NCBI GenBank assembly: GCA_050084985.1
Contig: JBITNC010000001.1
Location: forward strand, 171,368,001 to 171,432,000
Length of the DNA stretch: 64,000 bases
Direction of reading: 5' to 3'
DNA from: Nageia nagi
Lineage: Eukaryota > Plantae > Pinophyta
Shown: piece after piece, positions 14,828 to 27,838 of the stretch
How the letters are laid out: every line of letters starts with the position of its first letter
How positions within the stretch are numbered: position 1 is the first letter of the stretch
Position numbers and translations under genes: made by a program
Notes under the pieces: model-generated
Told to the model about the DNA's origin: nothing
Database searches by the model: none
Seen by the model: the letters and a program-made list of their open reading frames with translations, nothing else

Positions 14828-16735
14828 TGCAATACAAATTTCACTAAAGAGAAGTGGAAATCTTATATACAAAGAGTAACCAAATAGTATTGACTAGGTA
14901 CATAAATAAATTCAAAGACTAACCCTATCTAAGAATGTTCCTTCTTGCTCCTCTCTGGCTGATTGAAATGAGATTACAACACTCTGCCATAGGATCATAT
15001 AGTATAGGGATGACTATGGGAAATAGTTCCAGTCATCAAGGTGATCAAAAGTCATTCAGACAACCATAAGGCATTCAAAGTTAAAAATTAAATGCTAAAA
15101 AATTAACTACTAAAACCCTATGATAAGATAAATTAATGCATCCTATGATAAAGAAACCCAAGCTTGTACATACAAACTCGATAATGGACTATTTTCCCTA
15201 CTACATAGTTAATATAAATGCTAAAAAAATGTAAAATAATTGTAAAAAAATAGGTCTACAGTCAAAATTGTCCAGCAATAGGGTGATTGTGTAAATCATC
15301 TAGATGACCTAGAAGTCATCCTTTTGGAGGGTGATTTATAGTCAAAATCGGTAGGTACATGAATGATTTGCTCCATGTTTATAGTGGACCTTTGAGATTT
15401 TCATATTCAATTATATCCATGCCTAGTAAGGTATCCTACAAATTTTATCAAAATCAATCATAAAGTCTCTCTAAATTGCAAGAAATGTCCAAAAGATAAA
15501 ACCATCAAAAATAAGGTAAAGGCTCAAGAATTTTCTTATCTCTTGGGTTTTTAGAACCAATAGTGCCCCACTATAATTGCCATCTTTTAATAGTTCAAAA
15601 CCCTAGCACCTGAATCAATCAAACCATATATGAGCACTCAAACAATCTTGAATCATTCAAATCTAATTTTCCTATGATGTGACTTGATACAAATGACAAG
15701 ACAAAGTTTATAGAAAGTCATTAATACTTCAATGTTTCAAATGATATTCAAATCTAAAAGTAAAATAATAAATATTAGTGGAGACCTCACATCACAAGTC
15801 CTTTGGACCTTGTGATTGTCCAATTGAGGTGAAACCCCAACTTCAAGAGGTTAGGTCCCCTAATCCATAATCAAATGGATGCTAGAAAAGATCACAATGG
15901 CTAAGGTGAAATAATGATTTAGACTAATAAATACTATGAAAAATACTTGAACAACTATCAATGATAAATATGGTTTACAAAGCTATGATAAATATTTGAC
16001 AAAGATAATGTAAGCTTAAAGATTTAGCGAAAAGATAAAGTATGATAACAATGAAAATGAATTTAAAGCTATAAATAATATATAAAGGTCTAAAATGTAA
16101 GATACACAATAAAGAACCTTCCAATCCTAGGGTTTGGACCTTAAAGGTCAAACCCTAGCCTAAAATTATAGGATGAATTAGCCTAAATAATGTCTATATG
16201 ATAAGCACAAATGTAAATATATAAATAAATGAAGGATATAAGTCTTCAATTAACAGTGATTTGAGCTTAAAATCCCCAATTAACCATTAAATCAACCATT
16301 AATAACCTAATAAAATATCAAATAACTGAAAGGTACCTCAATCCATGAAGCATGGGTAAATGTGCCAAAGGTGTGAAGAGTAGAGCTCAAGATGTGATGT
16401 AGCCTTTGCAATGATGTCATAAAACCCTGGTATGAGCATAGAAAAGTGTAGAGGACATAGATTCCATGTAAGAGCATGTAAAAATGTAGAATAAGAGGCT
16501 CAAAATGAGATCCCTTTGGCTTTTATAATACTCAATTAGGATCATCCAAGTGATTATGATGCCTGCAAGATCATCTGGATGATTAGGAATAAAGATGTTA
16601 GAATAACTTAAAGCCCAAAATTGAGTTGGTCAATTTGATCAAAGAACCTGCAAACACATGTTAGTCCAACATGATAGTATAATACATGATAGACATCAAA
16701 ATATCAATGTAACCATATCAACAAAGCAAACTACA
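14828..16735 (-). repeat. Candidate 5' LTR (~1.9 kb) of the Tat/Ogre-like element
   Basis: TG at 14828 follows a degenerate PBS-like 'aatcccac accaaaa'. Ends 'aaactaca' at 16735, exactly where CACTA transposase coding sequence starts. No partner LTR in the window to confirm. Confidence 0.55.
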
Positions 16736-16739
16736 TTTT

Positions 16740-19700
16740 TAGGATGTTTACACAACCATTATACCCAATTTATACAAAGTTCACAAAATTGTTGACAATA
16801 ACTTATCTCAAAGCAAAACATGGTTGGTGAGACAAAATATTTGGTGAGTTATTAGATTTTTTGAAATATATGGTCCTAATTAGCAATACAATTCTAAATT
16901 CTCTATACACAGTGAAGAAAATGCTAAAACCATTAGGATAATATTATATAATGATACATGCATACAAAAATGAATGTATTTATATTGTAAATATTATGAA
17001 AATCTTCAAATTTTTCCAAAATGTGATGCTTCTTGTTGGAAAATTGACCCTCATTTGAAAATTAAAAATAGATTAAAGTTCCTATGAACATTTTGAGGTA
17101 TCTCCCCATTACATCAAGGTTACAAAGAATGTATAGGTAAATATTTTTATTTATAGCATTAGATTTGTTGTGTTTTTTCTTTCAATAATGTTAGATGTGG
17201 CTGAAGTGAGTTTCTTTCTTCTTGTAGCTCTACAATGGTTGAAGATAATATGAGGTGGCATTCCTAAAATAAGAGTTTAGAAACCAATATAAAACATCTA
17301 ATCATCTCCAACATGGAAAATGATAGATGCTAAGTGGTTGGATTTTATTGATGATCCACATAATATAGGATTAGTAATTGCAATCGATGGGTTCAATCCT
17401 TTTGCTAATTTTAGTTTTGATTATAGTTGTTGGTCCATTGTGTTGGTCATGTACAACCTTCCACCATGTATTTCAATGAAGATAAATTATTCAATGTTCA
17501 TCTTGATAATACCTAACCCCAAGCAACTAGGAAAACATATTGATGTTTTTCTACAACTGTTGGTTAAGGACTTGAGCAAACTATGGACTAAACGAGTACA
17601 ATCTTATGATGCATTTCACAATATCATATTCAATATGAGAGAAATATTGATGTGGTCCATTCATTATCATCCTACTTATGAAAACATGTTAGGATGTACG
17701 ATAAAGGGACTAGTCTAGGATGTTCAATATATAGTGAAAATACTTGTTCAAAATATCTTAAATATAGTAAAAAGACCATTTACTTGGACCATAGGAGATT
17801 CCTTCCTAAATATCATCTATTTTGTCATTAGAAAACATTTTTCAATGATAATAAGACTAGGGTAAACCACAAAAACATTTAACTAGGACTTAAATATTAC
17901 TAAAAATACAAGGAATTCCATCAAATTGGGGAAAGAGGGAATCACAAAAAGGGAAACACAACAAGGATGATTAGAGTGTGTCTCCTATAGTAGGATGAAA
18001 TAAGAAATCTATACTCTTAAATTTTTCATATTGGGAGGTATGACATGCAATTTTAGTTTAGTATTTTTTGTCTAAATGTTGAGTAATTTTAGTTTGATGT
18101 TTCCCATGTTCTACTTCATCATAACTTGGATGTGATGCATGTGGAAAAGAATATTTGTGAAAGCCTATCAAGGATATTGCTAAGTATTAAAGTAAATTCA
18201 AAGGATGGAAGAAAATCCTATGAGGATTTAATAAATATGAAGATAAAGAAACTATTATGGCCAGTAATTAACAGAAATAAGACATATCTTCTAGAAGCAC
18301 CCTATAATCTATCAAAAAATAATAAATAAAGTGTTTGTAAAATATTTTACAACTTGAAATTACTTGATGGATATAGTTTAAATATGAAAAAACATGTATC
18401 TAAGAAATAACTTAATATCATTGACTTACAATCACATGATTATCATGTTCTCTTGCATTACCTTCTTCTGGTAGCACTACGAAATGTGCTTGAAATGATT
18501 GTGTGAAAAACCATTTGTAAGTTATGCATATTCTATAGAGATCTATGCATAAAAGTAGTAGATCTCATGAAAATGGAGAAATTATAGGAAAATGTTGTGT
18601 AGACATTATGTTTTATTGAAAAGTACTTCACCCCTTGATAATTTGATGTCATGGTACACTTAATAGTTCACTTGGTGCAGGAGGTACTTCTATGAGGACC
18701 CATGCAATATCGATGGATGTACCCTTTCAAGAGCTTTGTATGCATTCATAAGTTTCATAAACTATCATTTTTATAAAATTTTTATATTGTTTCATTGAAA
18801 CAAAAAAATTTATTTTCTTTCTTAGAATTGTGAAGGTTTATAAGGGCTATATAAAGAATCGAGAGAGGCCCAAAGGTTGTATTACATAATGGTATGTCAT
18901 TAAGGAATCCAAATTTCATTCTATATGGACTAAATAAGAGGTTTGGAATAAATTGGTTGTAAGGAAGTAGGTAGTGATGAAGAAGAGAATATAGTCCATG
19001 AGAGGCCAACATCCATTAGGAAAGTCTTTACTTTGGAACCCATTTCTCTTAATCGAGGTCATCGATGCCTTTTCCTTAACATGGATGAAGTTTGACCTTG
19101 GGTAGAGTAAGTTTCTATTTGTTGTTATTGTATAGTTGAATATTATTTAGATTCAATTGTACTTGATAGAATTTGGACCAAATCAGGAAGCACAAGATGA
19201 GTATTAACGAATCCAACCCTCATGTAGTGAGAGATGAAGCATAGTTACAAAAAATATTATATTCAAAACTTCATCATATGTATATGAGATCAAGTTATTA
19301 TTCTCACATTAATATTGATCATCATGTAATGTTCTTCATTCATCTTCTAACTATTATTCTTTGTTTCAAATTTAGAGAGATGGAAATGAACATAATGGTA
19401 ATTACTTTGACACTATAGATGCCTAAAATTGATTTATTATTTATTTAATAAATCATACTTAGACTTCCTAAATGACTTATTGCAATATTATAAATATCAA
19501 GATAAAGTTGATATTACAATGCAATGACATGTGTTATATTAAATTATATATCATTTATCATGGTTCATATTTTAAAGTATCTTGAATACAATAATAATTA
19601 TATTATTGCTAGAGGTCGACCTTCACTTCTTTCTATGTCTTTGCAAGATATATATGTGAGTGGAATAGGCTTACCTCCACAGATCGAAACTCTTTGATAT

Positions 19701-20620
19701 GAAAAGATCTTTGATAGGTGGTTGTATTTTGCAATCTTCATCAAGAAATGATGTTTCTTGATGCTACCTATTATGAGAAATTGTTATAATATGAGCTCTA
19801 AAACTTTCTATCTTGAGCATACTTCATAATTCTTCATATTCAATGTCGTTAACGACATGCATCTTGAGGATTGAGGGTTTCAAATTTTGGTGGCTAAGGC
19901 TATTAATTATTATATGTGAAGATCCATAATGAACTTGCATCCAATCCAATCCCAATTCTCTAAATACCATTTGACATTTACTATTAAGGATTGTACATAC
20001 ACTTCATATCAAGTGCATGTTTTTCATGTATATTTATTGTATATAATATAGTGTACATATATATCTCTTCTTATTTTTTCAATAATTTATAAATTGTATT
20101 TTACACAATTTAGAGTCAAAAAACACAATATAATGGTTGGCATGTGGTTCGAATCAAGTTACCACTAAATTTTTAAGGTATATAATCAACAATTATAGAT
20201 TTAATTCGAAAGACAGATGAATAAAGAACAACTCAAAATAATGGTGTATGTGTTGATGCAATTTTCAAGTGTAAATCAAACTCAAAAGACATAAACATAG
20301 TGCTTGAAATAATTACATATTATGATGTTATTAGGGAAATAATTGTGTTGAATTACTATCAATTTCAACACACCTTGTTCAAATATGACTAGTTGAATGT
20401 TCTTGAAAAGAAGAGTGAATTTAAAAATGATGAAATGGGCTTTACAATGGTCAACATGAACATATTTTAACATGGGTATAGATGAGAAAATGATCCATTT
20501 ATTCTAGCATCACAAACCAAACAAGTGTTTTATGTATAATTTAGAAGAAATTAGTCTATGGATCTCATATCACCTCCAAGAGTGATAAGAGACATTGAAA
20601 TGTATGAGGTAGATTATTTT
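16740..20620 (+). pseudogene. CACTA TnpD/Tnp2-type transposase (Transposase_21, DUF4218-like and DUF4216-like regions), decayed, with introns
   Basis: PLYPIYTKFTKL..LKAKHGW*DK..KKMLKPLGYNYIMIHAYKNEC; ORF 17320-17718 (DPHNIGLVIAIDGFNPF..YSCWSIVLVMYNLPP..IDVFLQLLVKDL); ORF 18126-18329 (DVMHVEKNICES); VHLVQEVLL*GPMQYRWMYPF near 18670-18730; DPFILASQTKQVFYV near 20490-20540. Confidence 0.92.
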
Positions 20621-21119
20621 AGTATCCTTGGAGTAACAAATTTTGTTGAACTTTAAATTGCATAAGATGCTAAAAAAAATGATGGCAACATTCAATATGT
20701 TCATGGGGATGTTAAGGGTACATATATCTTGTAACTTGATTGAAAGCCTAATACATGTTATATATTTAAATACTAAAATTATATATCCATATTTTGTAAC
20801 ATGTTTGAATGCATTGGTTATTGGTAATGCTACAACTTATTGTTTGTTCATTATTTATTTCTACAATAGATTAATATAATTAAATGGTAAATTTAGGAGT
20901 TAATTTTATACCAAATGGTTTACTTAGATCATTATATATCTTTATTTATATTATGTCATATCACATTGTCTATTTAGATATTACTGTGGGAGGTATAAAT
21001 TTGTTGGAGGTTTCAAATAGAAAATTTAATGTTGTTATCGCTTTATAAGATTTCAAAGATACTTAGATCATCTCATATCATGTAGTGTATTTAGATAATT
21101 TCATATCATATGGTACAAT

Positions 21120-22500
21120 TGAATCATTTTAGAATATATGTACAATTGCATCATTTTAAACTATATATTATGATTTACAATTTCAATTATGCTCAAATGA
21201 TTCAAATATGGTCTATAGCTTCAACATAAGATGTAGCACTTAGGAACCACATTTTTTTTCTATGTTTAAGTATTACAAGTATATTTTTACCAACTTACCA
21301 CTTTTGGACTAGTATAGTTTCATCATATATAGGGTGGATGAGGAAAACTTATCACTTTTGGTTTAATTATACAATGTTTTTGGATATAAATATTATTCTC
21401 TATAGTTTGAATTATGCTCAAATGATTCAAATATGATCTAGAGTTTCAAGATAAGATGCAAAACCTAGGAATCACATGTTTTTTATATATTTGGCTAAGT
21501 ATTACAAGAATGTTTTTGCCAATTTACCACTTATAAACTAGTACAGTTGCATGATTTTAGAATATAGGGTTAATGATGCCAATTTATCACTTTTGGTTAT
21601 ATCAACTTTTGGGCATTATTTTTGTACATGAAGATTATGCTTTATGGTTTTAATTATGTTAAATAATTCAAATATAGTACTTAATTTCAAAATAAAATGC
21701 AGCACTTGGGAACTACATATTTTTTCTATGTTTGGCTATGTATTGCAAGCATGTTTTTACCAACTTACCACTTCTAAACTAGTACAATTGCATCATTTCA
21801 AAACATAGGATGGATGAGATCAACTAATCACTTTTGGTCACATCATATTTTGGGACCTATTCTTAAACATAAAGATTATGCTCCATACTTTCAATTATTC
21901 TCAAATGATTCAAATACATATGGTCTATAGTTTCAACATAAGATGTAACACTTGGGAATCACATATTTGTTTTTATGTTTGGCTAAGTATTACAAGCATG
22001 TTTTTTCCAACTTACCACTTCTAGATTGGTATAGTTGCATCATTTCAAAAAATTAGGTGGATGAGGAAAACTTATTACTTTTGGTCACATTAGCTTTTGG
22101 GCCTTACTTTTGGACATGAATATTATGCTCTACAATTTCAATTATGCTCAAATGATTCAAATATGGTATTCGATTTCATCATAAGATGTAGCACTTAGGA
22201 GCCACAAATTTTTTCTATATTTGATTAAGTATTACAAGCATATTGTCATCAACTTATCACTTCTAGATTGGTAAAATTGCATCATTTCAAAATATAGAAT
22301 GGATGAGGTCAACTTATCACTTTTGGTCACATCAACTTTTGGGTCTTGTTTTTAGACACAAAGATTATGCTCTACAGTTTCAATTAGGCTCAAATATTTC
22401 AAATATGATCTATGGTTTCAACATAAGATGCAAAACTTGGAAACCTCATTTTTTTGTGTTTTTTAAAGTATTACAAGCATATTTTTCCAACTTACCACTT
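21120..22500. repeat. Tandem array of ~6 diverged ~240-bp units inside the CACTA 3' region
   Basis: 'aattatgctcaaatgattcaaatatggt...caacttaccactt...aacttatcacttttgg' recurs at about 21185, 21411, 21651, 21892, 22140 and 22381. Confidence 0.9.
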
Positions 22501-23759
22501 CGTAAATCAACCTTTTACTACTCTTTGTACTTGAACTTACTTGATCAATTGATATTGTATGTTGGTGCATTTAGATCATTTCATATGGTGCACTTAGGAT
22601 CATTTCATATCCATGGACTGAGTCATTATTAACATGTGATTAGGCATTCCTTTGGGTGCTACCATTCCTTGGACTAGGATGAGTAAGGATTGAACAATGA
22701 CTACTTAATTCCACTAGGCCATCCTTTGGGAGCCCATGGCTAACAATATGATTGAGCTTCATGTTGAACCTCAAGTAATAGAGGATGGTGTAGTCTAGAA
22801 GCATGCTCCCACATGGTGGGATAATTCTTCAAGACTACACCTATTTTTTAAAAAACAATAATGATTTGGTAGTAGGCATTATGTACCCTCTCAAATTCTA
22901 AGGTGGCAGGTGCTACCCATCCCTTAAAGTATAAGGTGGTTGGTATACATCATCACCTTAAATACTTGGAGGATAATTTTAAGAGCTTCAATGATAAAAA
23001 AATTAACTTTACACTAGTGGTTTCTACTCTCCACCATAGAGTTGTAACTTTTAGTGACACCCTCAACCATGGCAATCGTAATACCACCACTAAAGTTTTT
23101 TTATGGAGGTTTTAAGCTGCCACCATAGATATTTTTTGGAATAGTGATGAAAAATAAATGGAAAGGTGCAAGTGGGAAGAAATAAATGGATTATGTAGAT
23201 ATTTTTTAAGGGGTGATTTTTCACTACCCATATAAATCATAAAAAGGCAATTTAAACTCAACTCTTAAATTGAATTGAAAAAAATCATGCACTTTGAAAT
23301 TTAAAGGAGGTCTCTTGGAAAGTTATCTAGTATTTTGAGTTTTTCAAGTTTGTTGAGGTGAGAACTGAATGAGAGGAGAGGAGAGACATTTAATTTGGAT
23401 GATTTTGAAATATTTTACAAAGGAGTGGAAGAGAGAAGAGGAAAGGCAAGGAGTAGAAGAAATGAACCCTCAATCCATAAATGAACCTTCACTCTCTTAT
23501 GTAAGAATGTACCCTTACTCACTTGTGACCATGAATGAACCTTCACTCTCTTACATAAATAGGTACCCTAATGCATTTTGTAAGAAGTTCCATTGACCTT
23601 ATCAAGAAGTCCTATGATTTGTTCAATGGAATATTTGTCATTTTATTATGGTTGCAAACATGGATAGTTAAGTGGAGAGGTGAGGAATTTCATTTGCATT
23701 TCTTATTTTTTGTAGACATTAAGGGGTAGAAGAGAGGCAAGTTGAGGCATTTATATTGC

Positions 23760-25170
23760 ATTTATTTTTTTTTAAATTGAGGTATTGGTGCAAGTAAGTA
23801 TTCTTTTACATTTTTTATTACATGTCTATACCTTGTATTCTTTTATATTTTGCATATATATCTTAAGTATGAGAGAACCCATTTAGTGTATATCCCATGA
23901 AATTGTACTTGCATCATGCATCTTGTCAAATAATTTGTAGGCCTTGTGTATTCTACTACATTTTGTATACATGTATTAGGGACTTTTTTAGAAAACCCAT
24001 TTTGTGTGTATCTTGCAATCATTATAGACCATGAAATTGTGTTTGCATCATTTATATTATCAAACAATTCCTAATCCTTGTGTATTCTTCCACATGTTAC
24101 ATACATATTTTAGGGCCTTTTTCAAAAAACCCATTTTGTATGTATTCTTCCACATTTTTCATACATATCTTAGGGCATTTTCAGAAAACCCATTTTGTAT
24201 GTATTCTTCAATATTTTCATATATGTCTATTAGGACATTCAAAACCACAACATTCAATTTATAAGCACCAAATTGACACATCCACATACCCAATTTAGGT
24301 TTTGTGGGTATTTTGGTAATGAAATTCAAATCTCCCTTAAGATAGCTTGCACAACCAAGTATCTAGGGTCTTTTTAAAAAACCCATTTTTTGTAAATGTA
24401 TAAATTTACCTATTCCTACATTCTCTAGGGCCTTTTTAGAAAAACCATTATGGCACATGTTGGAATCAATTTGCATCCCTCATAACAATGACCCTTGCAA
24501 TAGTCTTGGAAAAAGACTTAGTTGTATTATGACAATCATTGCATATTTGGGGGTTCTTTACAACTCTAACAACAGTTGCAAGGGGAGTATTTAACAACCC
24601 AAATGCCTTTTCAAGAAACCGATTTTATGCATATGGACAAATTTCTCTATTCTTAAATATGTATTTGATTTTCAAGAACCCAACATACAAATTCACATAC
24701 CCAATTGAGGTTTTATGGGCATATTGACAAAGTTAAAAGCTTCCTCAAGATAGCCTACATGACCAAGAAGATTAACAATGCATGTATAACGATTCATCCA
24801 ATGAATAATACAATAAGATTCACTCATGCTATTAAAGTATTTATAGCCCTCATCCACTAGACCTACATGATTACATGCAAGGAGAATATATACAAAGTTA
24901 ATATTGTTAGGGTTAGTTACCAAGTGCTTCATCAAATTATATATAGTTTATGGGCATCCTTCTTGTAGCCATGAATTGCATATCTTCTAATCATTGCAGT
25001 CCATAAAACTATGTTTATATCTTGCATTTTGTCAAAACACTCTTGGGCCTTGTATATTCTTCCACATTTTGCATACAAGCAAGAAGAGGTGTCGATCCAA
25101 CAAGTATTCTTTTGCCAAGATAGATAAGGAAGATTTTTATGCAAGATAAATGGAAAACACACCTAAGTAA
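23760..25170 (-). pseudogene. Scrambled PLS-class pentatricopeptide repeat (PPR) gene fragments
   Basis: ORF 24932-25162 (YAKCGRIYKAQECFDKMQDINIVLWTAMIRRYAIHG); ORF 24693-24935 (NFVYILLACNHVGLVDEGYKYFNSM..YTCIVNLLGHVGYLEEAFNFVNMPIKP); ORF 23843-24067 (FDNINDANTISWSIMIARYTQNGF). Frameshifted and out of order. Confidence 0.9.
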
Positions 25171-25256
25171 TGGGTTATTATTTAGATTGCATTCAATCTT
25201 CATCTTATTTGTGTTGGCTAGGATCAAATATATATATACAATGTTCCATTGTGAGC

Positions 25257-25365
25257 AATAATAATTCTTCTTATTAAGCTATAACTATGCCTACATGGTG
25301 AAATTTAAGCTTGTAAAAATTCACTACATAGGCATAGGTCTAGCACAAAAAGAAGAATTATTATT
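25257..25365. repeat. ~109-bp imperfect inverted repeat (hairpin / MITE-like)
   Basis: Left arm ataataattcttcttattaagctataactatgcctacatggtgaaattt versus right arm aaaattcactacataggcataggtctagcacaaaaagaagaattattat; about 40 of 49 positions complementary. Confidence 0.8.
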
Positions 25366-25919
25366 ACAAAATGTTAAATAGGTAATTTCCACCATTGGAG
25401 AATTCTTAATGGAGAGGTAATTTCTTACCTCTTAATTTTCCATGTAGATATTAGAGAAAACAAACAAATCTTAATTGCTTACCTCTTAATTTTCCATAGA
25501 GTGAATTTATCTAGGCTATTAATTTTCCATGTAGGGATTGGAGAGGATAACAAAGTCTAAATTTAATAGAAAGGCATGCTTCTTCACTAGGGACCGTAGT
25601 GGTTGAAGGCATGATGTCTAGAGATGACCATAATAAAAAATCTACTTCATGAATATTTGGGTGAAGGTTATTATAAAATAATGGAACATGTTGTGGGATC
25701 CTTCATTCCCTATCCAATAATAGTACTTTTTTATAAATAAAGTATGACATGTTGTAACAGTATTGTAGAGCATAATTGAATCCTTTTAGCATAATTAAAT
25801 TTGTTGAGCATATTTGATTCATTTGAGTATAATTATATAATTTTTTATCATACATGTATTCTTGATCATTTGAGCATAATTGTAGATTCATAAAAAGATA
25901 TGAAATTATATAAATACGC

Positions 25920-26390
25920 CATATGCACAATTTGATAAGGTGCATGATGCAAACATAATTTTCATGATTTGCAATGATTACAGGATACACACAAAATTAG
26001 TTTTATGAAAAATACCCTAATATATGTATGCAAAATGTGTAAGAATACAAGGCACAAGTATGAAAAATATGGATGAATCCCCTAAAGAATTTATTCCAAA
26101 TGAAATTATTAAATATTAAGCTCTAATAAACATGTATTTAACAAAATGCAAAAGAATACAAGGTAGAGCAATTGTTTGATAAGATTACATATATGCAAAA
26201 TGTGGAAGAATACATATTGCATCAGTGCCTCAACTCACCTCACCTCTCCTATAACTCCTCGACTTTGCAAACTCAAAATTGTTGATAATTTTCCAAGTGT
26301 CTTAATAGCATAACTTTTGTATATGTTCTAATTGCATGCAATCATGCAAGTGTAGTGAATGAGAGTTGTAAATACTTGACACTTCTTGAA
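25920..26390 (+). pseudogene. PLS-PPR fragments in the opposite orientation to 23760-25170
   Basis: FDKVHDANI..AMITGYTQN, YAKCGRI and ITFVYVLIACNHASVVNESCKY remnants on the plus strand. Confidence 0.8.
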
Positions 26391-26403
26391 TTATTCTTGG
26401 GAT

Positions 26404-27648
26404 TGTAATGTTACAAATGAACACTTGTGCTAAATACAACCAAATAACTGACTATGGTTTTTGAAACCCTCAACCACACCTCTTAGGCTCCAAAGTTGGG
26501 TCTTTTAGGCAACCAATAACTCCCTAAAATAGAGGTTGGGTTTCTAGGGCATCCAATGCACCCTCAAACGTAATGTTAGCCTTCTCAAGCTATCGTTTGA
26601 TCCCAACAACTTAGAAATGCATATAATAGCAAGATCTCATTCATGGCACACTATCTTACTCACATACACTTCAAAACCAACATAAAAAAGCATACAAATC
26701 CAACACATGCACATATGAGACAATTAAGAAATATTCAATGAAATCCTAAAGCCTCTAGATATGCATTATTGATAATGAGCAAGATAATCATATAATGACC
26801 CAAAGGGCAAACATAGGCTCTCAAGCTAATTCAAACATACACCAAATAAATGTAGAATAATGGAACAAATTTGCTCCCTCAATATTCGTTTCCTCCCCAT
26901 CGAAGAGGCTCTACACAAACATCAAATATCTAACTAAATGGAAGGAACAAATCTTCAGATTCCCTCGGATGGGTTAGATGCTCCACTTGACCATATATTA
27001 ATGGGATCCCTTATCCCAATCACCCTCTAAATGCTTTATTTAGGAGAGTATACTTGGCATTGCCAAACTCAGATAGTCACATGGATAGAGTAGCAATAAC
27101 AATATCAATAATTTAGTCTACATCCAAATGAGCTCCCTTAGAGTATTTATAAGCTCTAATCAATAGTTTACCTCAAAGTCATCCATAAGCCTTCTATTCC
27201 AACATTAGGCATCTAAAGGGGCCTAGTGACTTAATGCACCATTATGATGTCTTAGAATGCCAACACAGCAACATAAGGTCCAATAATGCCAATGTGGAGT
27301 CCATTCAACCTAAAGTGCCAACATGGGGTACCTAAAAGCCCAGTAAGCCAACATTGAGGTGTGGGCCCTCCCTGAGGTGGTGCAAGCATGACTACCATTC
27401 TAGAACACTAGGATTGGTTGGAATTCCCACAACTTGAGATCTCCAACCTACAACACACTAGCATGAATACTTAAGAGAGAGACTTCCTACTAGGGTCTTA
27501 CAAGTGGGGTCCACATGACCTAGTATGTCTCTTGTCTTAAGCTACAACTATGAACATGATCAAATATAAGGGATATCTCTAAGATATATACTTGATGAAT
27601 ACAAATTGGCACTATAGTACAAAAGGGATATCATAGGGATGAATTACA
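26404..27648 (-). mobile_element. Probable solo LTR, related to the LTR at 44315-45352
   Basis: TGTAAT...ATTACA termini; minus-strand TATA ('gtatttataag' ~27143); degenerate 'gccaac.tgggg' repeats and 'gtgtgggccct' shared with 45158-45260. TSD is poor (gggat/tgcat). Confidence 0.6.
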
Positions 27649-27699
27649 TGCATTATTTACCTTCTTAGTCATGTAGGTTACCTTTAGCAAGCTTTGAAC

Positions 27700-27838
27700 T
27701 TCATTTCCAAAATGCCCATAAAACTTAATAAATATTTATGCAAAATATGGGAGATGCATGATCCAAACACGGTTTCATGGACTATAATGATTGCATGATA
27801 TGCAATTCATAACTACAAAAATATGCCCTTAAACTCTA
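27700..27838 (+). pseudogene. Short PPR fragment
   Basis: MHDPNTVSWTIMIA*YAIHNY-type motif. Confidence 0.7.

Larger units (their letters stand above)
1..16735 (-). mobile_element. Degenerate Ty3/gypsy LTR retrotransposon, Tat/Ogre-like; 3' end probably left of the window
   Basis: Minus-strand domain order gag - protease - G-patch - RT - RNaseH - additional (archaeal-type) RNaseH - integrase with GPY/F tail. Long candidate 5' LTR at the right, antisense PMD ORF in the 3' region, many stops and frameshifts. Confidence 0.85.
16736..23146 (+). mobile_element. CACTA (En/Spm) DNA transposon, 5' part cut off by the gypsy insertion
   Basis: Tnp2 transposase remnants; subterminal ggtgg/ccacc-type repeats 22870-23130; candidate terminus 'ttttttggaatagtg' (reverse complement CACTATTCCAAAAAA) at 23146. 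Confidence 0.75.

Noticed and set aside
23843-25162. Functional PPR gene
   Set aside because: Frameshifts, stops, scrambled motif order and no E/DYW end; kept as pseudogene fragments only.
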